From assembly GCF_009914755.1 (NCBI RefSeq), contig NC_060929.1: a stretch of DNA of 64,000 nt. One strand, given 5' to 3'. Under the pieces are notes generated by a model. That model was given only the letters and a program-made list of their open reading frames with translations. It did no database searches and was not told the origin of the DNA. This document shows positions 54,660 to 64,000 of this stretch, in pieces. Numbering within the stretch: position 1 is the stretch's first letter; every line of letters begins with the position of its first letter. This DNA comes from the human T2T-CHM13v2.0 reference genome, Homo sapiens. Position numbers and translations under genes: made by a program.

Positions 54660-55563
54660 CAGGAAGTCCTTGCTTTGGATGATGAGGGACTATAAAAATG
54701 ACCATACAAGCTGAAACCATGCAAAGTGATCATAATAATCAAAAGGATAAATTGTGATTTTTCTATGACCTTTAAAATTTTGTTAAAATATTAAAAAGCC
54801 TCTATTGCCAGCTAAAAATAAAAAAGAAAAAATAATAAAACTAATTTTATTTAGTACACTGTAATTTAAATATTAGAAACACTGAGAATTAAAGTGCTTT
54901 ATTTCTATGTAAAAAAACTTATTTAAAGTAGATTGATCAGTACTTGCCTTCTTTTCATCATATCACTTATGGTATGGTTTAACCATATCTTTTCTATGCC
55001 TGGGCAAAATGTCATAATCTTAAGTTTCAATCAGCTTTCAACATTTTATCCTTTGCACTTTCAATGTTGTGAAACAGCTCTGAGAGTTCATTTAACATGA
55101 GAGTTTTTTTTTTTTGTCTTGCTTTTTTGTTTGCCAGTGTCACTTTCTCTGGGATATCTTCATCTTTTTTGTCATAAACACTTTCGATTTCATTTCCAGT
55201 GCTTCATTTCTTTACTGCACTGTCATGTGTGTTGGTCAAGTCTCTCTTTTGATCATCCATTCTTGTAAAATGGGAGACAATGCCATCTGTACATGAACTG
55301 AAAGCAGATATGAAGTGACCAATCAGTGACAGAGTTTGAAAAAAGTGATGTGATTGGCCATTGATCATGATGTGCATCTGTTATTCACACAGAGATCTGT
55401 GGACTGAAGGGCTAGTGGCAAAGTTTGTTCTTAATGCATTTACAGGTAATACATTGTGGTAACTGAACTTTGAATCTTGTTGTCTGGGGAATTGATGTTA
55501 TTCAACTAAACCATGGTAGCAAAAATTTGTGTATATCAAAACTATGCAAAGTGAAGAATTATG
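54660..55563. mobile_element. TcMar-Tigger family DNA transposon relic
   Basis: ta|caggaagtccttgctttg at left and partial inverse tgcaaagtgaagaattatg at right; repeated aaaccatgcaaagtga / aaactatgcaaagtga subterminal motifs. Confidence 0.6.
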
Positions 55564-55569
55564 AAGTTC

Positions 55570-55672
55570 TTACTATATGCCAGGTACTGTTTTAAGAATA
55601 TAAATTATTTCACTTAATTCTCAATATAACCCAATGAGATGATACTAGTCTTACCCCATTTTACAGACAGTG
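55570..55672 (-). mobile_element. MIR fragment
   Basis: tactatatgccaggtactgttttaag...ttaattctca...ccccattttacaga. Confidence 0.65.
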
Positions 55673-56077
55673 TGATTGTGAATATTTATCTGGCCATTAA
55701 CTGTCCACATATTTGGGAGAATACAAATTTCCCATAGTAATGATAAATCCCAAGATCTTCCTGGTAAATGCTGACATACAACTATTAAAGAGTTTGAAAT
55801 GACAAGTAACATATACTTGTTTGTAATATCTAGAGTAAAAAGTCAGATTTTCATGAAGTATGGAAGGAAGGTGGATACTTTCAGAAGATGCACTAACTCT
55901 TCAATAACATTAGAGTGTCATTTAAAAAAAAGGGTGTTGGTGAACTAAAAGTTACTCTTGGATTCCAAAAGAGCTCAGAAGCCCTTTATTTCCTCTACTC
56001 CCAACCCCACCACCCATTTCAATGATCATTCTCTCACTAGGAGCAGAGAATCTTTGCAGTAAACACAAGACTTCTTT

Positions 56078-56200
56078 CTAGGAGACTGTGAGCTCTTTGA
56101 GGGCAGAAGTCATGCCTAATACTCTTTATACCCTTGGAGCCTAGATTGGTGCCTAATACATTAGGTGTTCAATACATCTTTGTGTAATTCAAGAATAAAT
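56078..56200 (+). mobile_element. L2 3' end
   Basis: agactgtgagctctttgagggcagaag...gtgcctaatacattaggtgttcaatac. Confidence 0.7.
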
Positions 56201-56599
56201 ATTTACAGTTGTTTCTTGCCTCAAGAGAATCAAGAATAATGCAAATTAGGGGTAAGACATGAAATTAGGCTCTAATTTTGGGGGATGAATTGAAGATGAT
56301 TAACTAATTGGTAAAATAATTAAATTTGGATTATCTAAAAATTCAAGCCTTGCTACTTATGCTGATTTGTATGTGCTTGATATTGTTTTTGAAGAAAAGC
56401 AAAAATAAATAACTGAGTGATTACTCCTTCATAAGAAAAATATGGCAAAAATCTAAACTACAGTGATTATGGAAGACTATACTTGTCACTGTAATATTCA
56501 AACTGAGTACCTCTAATTTAACATACAGCAGCTTTCCTACATATTGGTTATATTTAATCACTTATATTTGTGGCCTTAAATTAACAATGTCTTATTTTA

Positions 56600-56889
56600 T
56601 TTTTGAGATGGGGTCTCATTCTGTTGCCCAGATTGGAGTGCAGCAGCACACTCATGGGTGACTGCAGCCTCAACCTCCCAGGCTCAAGTGACCTGCCCAT
56701 CTGAGCCTCCCAAGTAGCTGAGACAGGCATGCTCCATCAGGCCCAGCTAATTTATTTTTATTTTTATTTTTTTGTAGAGACGGGTCTCACTATGTTGCCC
56801 ACGCTGGTCTCAAATTCCTGGCCTCAAGCTATCCCCACCTTTGCCTCCCGAAGTGCTATGATAACAGGCATGAGCCATCATACACAGCC
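56600..56889 (-). mobile_element. AluJ with very short tail
   Basis: Diverged J-type dimer; perfect 17-bp TSD aacaatgtcttatttta at 56583-56599 and 56890-56906. Confidence 0.95.
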
Positions 56890-59800
56890 AACAATGTCTT
56901 ATTTTAAATTTAATCACCTTCTATCTGGAAACTGAGAAGGAGAAGTTTAGCTAGTATTTCATATATATTAATATTGACAGAAGACTAAATTTCCTTGAAG
57001 AGAATTTTTAAAAAGTAAATAAAAGTAAAAAATCTGAAAATGTTTACATTACTTTCTTAAAACTTCTGAAATATTAGCTAAGAACAAAAGAATCTTCATG
57101 CCAATTTTGATTTTAGATTATCAATAACTTTTAACTTAGGGTCTCCTTAAAAAGTCTCATTTATAGAAATCATTGCTACAAAAAGCTTAAGGTAGGGTGT
57201 ATGTTTTTTTGCCCCAACTTTTTTTTTTTGCCCCAACTTTTTTAACAAGTCACTTCTATAGCACTTTAGAATTTAAGAAATTATATAATACAACTGAATT
57301 CTGTCAAGGATTGTGGCAGGCAGTTATGCAAAACATCTATAAACTAGCTGGTATAAGATGTTTTCATTTATTGGTACAATATATTGAATAGTTACGGTCA
57401 GATATGTATGGCTGAAGGGGATATTAAACAGACACTATGGACAGAAATGATAGCACAAGGTCTCAAAGAATACTTAGACATCAAATATCAGTTAAATTAA
57501 TTTTTGCACCTACAAACTGAAGTCATTAATCCAAACAAATTATCTCTTAAAATTTATCATTAAATAGAAATATTTTCCTTTGGAAAAAGACTATATTTTA
57601 AGAAACACGAAAAAGTAAAAACTTTAAAAAAATTACACTCCTGCTTTTAAAGTGCTGATAATCAACTCTGAACATCTTGAGATTTTATAAATAAATAATA
57701 TTTGGCTTATGTGTAGTGCCTAATGTTCACTTTGAAAGTTCATTTTAGTACCAAAGAATATGCATTTTAGATGTTCTAAATCACCTCTAGAAAGCAATGC
57801 AGTTTTCTTTGAAGACGTATGTTTTGGGAATATTTTGGCCAGCAGACAGATTTATTACTGGTGACTTGCTGTCAGTCTGTTTATGACAAGACAGAGCAGG
57901 CTGAGAGGGTTTACATGGGGGCACACAGAATGTGTAGGGGAGAGCAGACAGTGAGCTTGTGGCTTGAGAGAGACACAAAGCCCACATCAAAGGGAAGTGA
58001 AGGGCAAGTGAGCCCAGGCACACCACAGTCAGGCAGGAGAAGACAGAAACATTTGGGCTGGGGGGATGTGATTCCATGGCTGGAAGGACAGAGTCTTCAG
58101 GTCGGGGAAACTGGAAGCCATAAAGACATGGCATAGAGGCTAAGCCAGATGAGAAAGAGACCCAGAGTCAATAAACAGACATAGAGAGACCCACCAAGGG
58201 CAGTGAACCAGATAGAGCTAACAGAGGGCAAGCGAAGTAAAGACAGCCATAGGAAGGGAGATCAAGACTTAACATATGATAAAAGGGATGAAAATGTGTG
58301 TCTTAGGTACCACTGGTCCCTGACTTATTTTTTCCAACAATTACAGACAGAGCATTAAAAGCCATGAAGCTATTCCTATGGGGGCAGTAAAAGGAATAGT
58401 GTTTCCATATTAACTCAAAACTTATAATTTTAAGTACAAATACAAATTCTTATTATTCAGTTATTTATCTAAAAGCATTCCAAAAATAATTAGTTAAAAA
58501 AATTTTTTATCTTTAAAGAAAAGAGTTAGCTCAGGAAAGGAGAGTTGCCACCTTTACTGCCAAATTCTTCGAAGGAGTTTTCACAAATTGGTTCAGAAAA
58601 CTGTAAAAAACATGGTGGCTATTTTTAATTTTTTTTAAGTGAGATTTTTGGAGTGAGACTACTTATATTCATTGGAATTACTGGAAAACTGAAAAAGTCA
58701 AAATCACAGGATAATATTCGACCTGATGAAATATATATACTCAGGGCAAATGATTATATATACTAGTGATCTATATAAATGAAGATTTTATATTTAGATA
58801 AGTTATCTTAAATGATTCTTTAATTAATAACTTTCTGAGAGTTCCTGATTTCAACTATTTATTATGAATGATAAACTGAAAACACAGAGTTCCTGGTGGT
58901 CAACTTTTACAATACTTATCCCTTACGTTAACTAATAATTATAAGGTAGCATACAACAATGAATAGAGGAACTGATAACTAAAAGCTACAAGGTTAACTC
59001 TACAGTAATAAAAACTGTCTGAAAAGTGTAAAAGTGTTATTTAGTTCATGAAAACATCACTTAAAGGATCAGAATATCTTCTGACTGCAAAGAGGAATGC
59101 TATACTTCTTGACTAGTACACATACTCAAAAGTAGTACAGTATCATATATGCTAATATGCCTTGAATTTCAAGATATGTTTACAAGGCAAAGTATAGATT
59201 TTCAATTACCTGATTAATTTGAGCTATGTCTAAAAACATATTAGACAACTCAACTTGTCTACACATTCTGAGTGACACCACATTCTAGAGGCAATTACTG
59301 TTGATTTTTCATTGCTATCTTTAGAAGGAAGTGATTATTCACTAACAAAGAAGAGATATAACTCCTTAATGTCATTTCCTCAAGAGGTATTTTCAGCAAT
59401 AAAGTGAAGTGACTATTTAGCAAATATTCAGTAAGTTCAGTCAGTGTAAACAGTCAACCTGGACTATTTAAGCAAATAAAAATTAGGGTTACATTAGCAG
59501 GTTGTCTACAATTCAAATTCACCTCATAATTGCTAACTTTCCATTTCATGTTCTGATGAGAAAACGGGGCTTAGTAGTTAGGTACATATGATCAATGGTC
59601 CCCTTCTTTACTTCCAAATCCAAGAAAGGCCCATCTAAATAGAGGAACTTCTCAAGTTTAATTCTTAACCCAGAAGACATCTACTATGCTTGGTTGTTTT
59701 CCTTTTCCTTTCTTCTTTTTAAAATACATTTACTGTATTCTGTTATCTTTCTAATTTTGAAGTGCCTAGATTTATATCAAGTGTTCTAGGGAAGCTGAAA

Positions 59801-60284
59801 TAACAGAAATGCCTGTCTAAGCTATAGTAGGGGCAAGGAATAATGTGATGGTTGTAAGTTCTGGGAGAAAATATGCTGACAGGTATCAGGCGTTTAGACA
59901 ACATAATTTTAGTGAATCTAGGTTCAGGTCTTTCCTCAATAGCATGCAGAAAAATGACACTTTAAGGTAGAGCCTTCCATCCTGTGTGCCTGGTACAAAG
60001 TGGCCAAAGGCATGTCAAGATCCCCTCACAATTCAGGTCAGACAGGAGGGATGTAGGGTAGCAAAACTCTGTTCATCTACCGCTGGATATAAGTAACCTT
60101 GTCTGTGATGCCTAGAGCACTGTACAAATAGTATACTTTCCTATAGCCACTTTAGGAATAGTGGAATAATAATAATTTGCCAGTAACTCTGCTTTATGGT
60201 TACTGTAAATCTTAAAGGACTGGTAAAACAAGTCTCAAAATTCATAACCTCTCTTCTAGTCTTCCCTTCCTGCTTTATATTTTC

Positions 60285-60329
60285 TCCTACATGGAGCTCA
60301 CATTCTAGTAGGAGAGACAGACAATAAAC
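60285..60329 (-). mobile_element. Short L2 3'-region fragment, antisense
   Basis: catggagctcacattctagtaggagagacagacaataaac is the conserved L2 3' core reversed. Confidence 0.7.
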
Positions 60330-60339
60330 TTCTGACATC

Positions 60340-60505
60340 CTATATACTTTTCTTACTTATCTTGATTACTGTTAGTCTCCCTTACTAGAATGTAAGCTCT
60401 GTGTGGGACCTTCATCTATTGCAGTTCACTGCTGTGTCCCTGGTACCCACAGCAATGTCCTGTACACAATGACAACTCACTGAATTAATGCATGAAGACT
60501 GAATG
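60340..60505 (+). mobile_element. L2 3' end, sense
   Basis: gtctcccttactagaatgtaagctc...gttcactgctgtgtccctggtacc...tgaattaatgcatgaagactgaatg. Confidence 0.75.
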
Positions 60506-61432
60506 GGCATACTTAAAGGCACTTAGGGAGCACATTTGGAGGGGGCTGAAAGTACATAAGCCTTAGCAGCAGCACTTCTCCAAACACAGCCCCAGGTAGA
60601 ACCAATCTAGCAAAGAGTGACCTGTCAGTCATGCACCAGCCAAAGCAAGCTGTGCCAACTTGTAAGAAGTCAGAAGATACCAGTGCTCTATACGCTTGTC
60701 TGTTTTCAAACATTTATATTTTCCTTTCCTCTCACCCTGACAGAATGCCCCCTCATACACAGTCAAAAATTAAATTGACTATTTTGGGGGAGCAGCACAT
60801 CACAGAAGATCATTTCTAATTTTATCTAACTGCTACCACAATGTCTCTTTCAGCTTTATTGCTTCCATATTTCTATGTCCTATGAATATTTTTCCTTCAA
60901 CTATTAATTTTCCTTTTAATTTCTTCACTACATTTTCTATCATCTTTCTGTGGCTCTGATTTCTGTGTAATATTTTGTGACCCTTATCAATGGCCCAGAG
61001 AACATAGGAAAGCCTAAATAAATAAGTTATTTGTTCCGTATAAACAGAAATAGAAACAGGAAAATGAGAGTATTTCTGCAAATGCCTTTTCAGTCCTATA
61101 GAATTAGAATAATCAATAATAGTTTTAAATTATAGCCTTAAATTCTAAAATGCCTAATGGGAGTATATAGTACCATGTGGAATTTTTCAGTGTCTTCCTT
61201 CTGATGAACTCAAAATGTCCCTCCAGAAAATACACAAATTGTCCTCATATTTATACAAGATAAGTGAGGCAGATATTTACTGTTGCCACTTTATAATAAA
61301 TAATTAAAATATAGACTATAAAATAAATATAGATCCTATTAACTGATTACACCATTCTCTGAATAACAGTGTCCTTAACTGGCCAATTTTACAAGTAGAA
61401 AACACTATAAATAGAGTGAGAATTGGTCTTTA

Positions 61433-64000
61433 GAGGAGGTAAGATCATCATGGCTGACGGGAGGCAGGACTGGATTGCAGCTCTGGATACAGCAGCATGC
61501 AGAGGCTTGCATTGTGAATTCTAGCTCTAGATTGACTGCAAGAACAAACCAGCAATCCTGAGAGGATGCAGACATAAGCGGACTGCTCCTGCAGGACCTG
61601 GGAGACAGCCCAAATACTGAGTGCCCCAACTGCGGAAGCGGGAAAGGGAGAGCCTCCACTCCCAAACACACAGCCCCACTGGAGAAACTAAAGGTCTATT
61701 TGCTGGAGAAGTTTCCAACCTTACCTGGAGCTGGGTCAATCTGGAGAGCCGAGTGAAATACAGGGGTAGAGGAAGCAGCAGAAACGCGCTGGGAGCTTGC
61801 TGGGTCCCCTAGCAGGCCATTCCTGCCTGGCATCACAGGGATCCAACTGGAGGGCAGCCAGAGGAGCAGGGGATAAAATTCCACAGGGAGAAGGAAATCT
61901 CTAGCTGAACTTTCTAACAATTTGAAAAGGGCGAGAAGCCTCCTGGCCAGAACTCGGGGGAGGGTGCAAATCCGGTGTGCAGACTCCACAAGCGAGAACC
62001 AAGCCCTTTTACTTTTGCAGCTGGGAGGCGAGTAGCCTGGGGCAAGTTTTCAAGCATGTCTTGCCCTCCGCCTGGACACAGACTCAGGGCTGTTGTGGGG
62101 GGCATGGTGGGAGTGAGACCAGCCCTTCAGTATGTGTGGGAGCTGGGCGAGGCCTGTGACTGCCGGCTTTCCCCCACTTCCCTGACAACCTGCATGACTC
62201 TGCAGAGGCAGCCATAATCCCTCTAGGTACACAACTCCAGTGACCTGGAAATCTCACTCCCATACCCCACAGCAGCTACAGCAAGACTTGTCCAAGGAGA
62301 GTCTGAGCTCAGACATGCCTAACCCTGCCCCCATATGATGATCCTTCCCTAACCACCTTGGTAGCTGAAGGCAAAGGACATATAATCTTGGGCGTTCTAG
62401 GGCCCTGCCCACCGCTGGTCCCTCTGGATACTACTACAGCTGATGTTCTCTGGAAAGTGCCACTGCCTGGCAGGAGGCCAACCAGCACAAAAATAAAGCA
62501 TTAAACCGCCAAACTAAGAACCCTGACAGAGTCCCCTGCACACCACAGCCACCTCCACTGGAACAGGCGTTGGTATCCACGCTGAGAATCCAACAGAAGC
62601 TCACATCACAGGACTCTGTACAGACACCCTAGTACCAGCCCAGAACGGGGTAGACTCGCTGGGTGGTTATACCCAGCAGAGAGACAACAATCACTGCAGT
62701 TTGGCTTACAGGAAACCACATCCATAAGAAAAGGGGGAGAGTACTACACCAAGGGAACACACTGTGGGACAAAAGAATCTAAATGACAGCCTTCAAGCCC
62801 TAGACCTTCCCTTGGACAGAGCCCACCCAAATGGGAAGGAACCAGAAAACCAACTCTGGTAATATGACAAAACAAGGCTCGTCAACACCCCCCCAAAAAA
62901 TCACACTAGTTCACCAGCAATGGATCCAAACCAAGGAGAAGTCCCTGATTTACCTGAAAAAGAATTCAGGAGGTTAGTTATTAAGCTAATCAGGGAGGCA
63001 CCAGAGAAAGGCGAAGTCCAATGCAAGCAAATCCAAAAAATGATATAAGAAGTGAAGGGAGAAATATTCAGAAAATAGACAGCTTAAAGAAAGGACAATC
63101 GAAAATTCAGGAAACTTTGGGACACACTTTGAGAAATGTGAAATGCTCTGGAAAGTCTCAGCGATAGAATTGAACAAGTAGAAGACAGAAATTCAGAGCT
63201 CAAAGACAAGGTCTTCTAATTAACCCAATCCAACAAAGACAAAGAAAAAAGAATAAGAAAATATGAACAAAGCCTCTAAGAAGTCTGGGATTATGTTAAA
63301 TGACCAAGCATGAGAATAATTGGTGTTCCTGAGGAAGAAGAGAATTCTAAAAGCTTGGAAAACATATTTGGGGGAATAATCCAGGAAAACTTACCCAGCC
63401 TTGTGAGAGACCTAGACATCCAAATACAAGATGCACAAAGAACACCTGGGAAATTCATCACAAAAAAGTTCTTCACCTAGGCACATTGTCCTCAGGTTAT
63501 CCAAAGTTAAGATGAAGGAAAGAATCTTAAGAGCTGTAAGACAGAAGCACCAGGTAACCTATAAAGAAAAACCTATCAGATTAACAGCAGATTTCTCAGC
63601 AGAAACCCTACAAGCCAGAAGGGATAGGGGGCACTATCTTCAGTCTCCTCAAACAAAACAATTATCAGCCAAGAATTTTGTATCCAGTGAAACTAAGCAT
63701 CACATATAAAAGATACAGTCTTTTTCAGACAAATGCTGACAGAATTCTCCATTACCAAGCTACCACTACAGGAACTGCTAAAAGGAGCTCTAAATCTTGA
63801 AACAAATCCTGGAAACACATCAAAACAGAACCTCTTTGAAGCTTAAATCACACAGGACCTAAAAAACAAAAATACAAGTTAAAAAGCAAAATCAAAAAAC
63901 AAAAAAACCAACGTACACAAGCAACAAAGAGCAGGAGGAATGCAATGGTACCACACATTTCAATACTAACATTGAAAGTAAATGACCTAAATGCTCCACT
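61433..64000 (+). mobile_element. LINE-1 (L1PB-like) 5' part: ~1.4-kb 5'UTR, decayed ORF1 (ATG 62831), start of ORF2 (~63935); continues off the right edge
   Basis: catggctgacgggaggcaggactggattgcagctc 5' end; ORF1 MGRNQKTNSGNMTKQG...PRHIVLRLSKVKMKERILRAVRQKHQVTYKEKPIRLTADFSAETLQARR with stops/frameshifts; ORF2-like start NAMVPHISILTL. Confidence 0.95.

Noticed and set aside
57787-58136. Opposing 115-aa and 105-aa ORFs in a purine-rich segment
   Set aside because: No recognisable domain, splice structure or promoter; probably an ancient repeat I cannot name
58670-58720. Possible recursive splice site on minus strand
   Set aside because: Reads ttttccagtaatt; the AG is not followed by GT

Overview
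Primate, almost certainly human, genomic DNA. It is AT-rich and repeat-dense. One intact protein-coding gene is visible: the intronless POU-domain gene POU5F2 (SPRM1), minus strand 47627->46641, 328 aa. It looks like an old retrocopy of OCT4/POU5F1 mRNA and has its own GC/CpG-rich promoter. From recalled annotation, POU5F2 lies in an intron of the minus-strand gene FAM172A/ARB2A near NR2F1 on 5q15; no host coding exon could be recognised here. The rest is L1 (the large copies are all on +), about 13 Alus, L2/MIR/CR1 relics, hAT and Tigger DNA-transposon relics, two solo LTRs and simple repeats. Best leads: (1) a 43-bp ungapped hairpin made of two opposed L2 ends whose arms resemble the L2-derived miR-28/151/708 family; (2) a tailless 82-nt Alu still flanked by target-site duplications (TSDs), suggesting internal priming; (3) candidate cryptic host exons, one terminal and one of 36 nt; (4) POU5F2 oddities: non-canonical recognition helix, TAG-GGC-TGA double stop, overlapping uORF, promoter octamer; (5) closely spaced inverted Alu pairs; (6) homeodomain/FOX motif clusters that may be enhancers. 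Repeat subfamily names and old-repeat boundaries come from recall of consensus sequences and are approximate; no searches were run.
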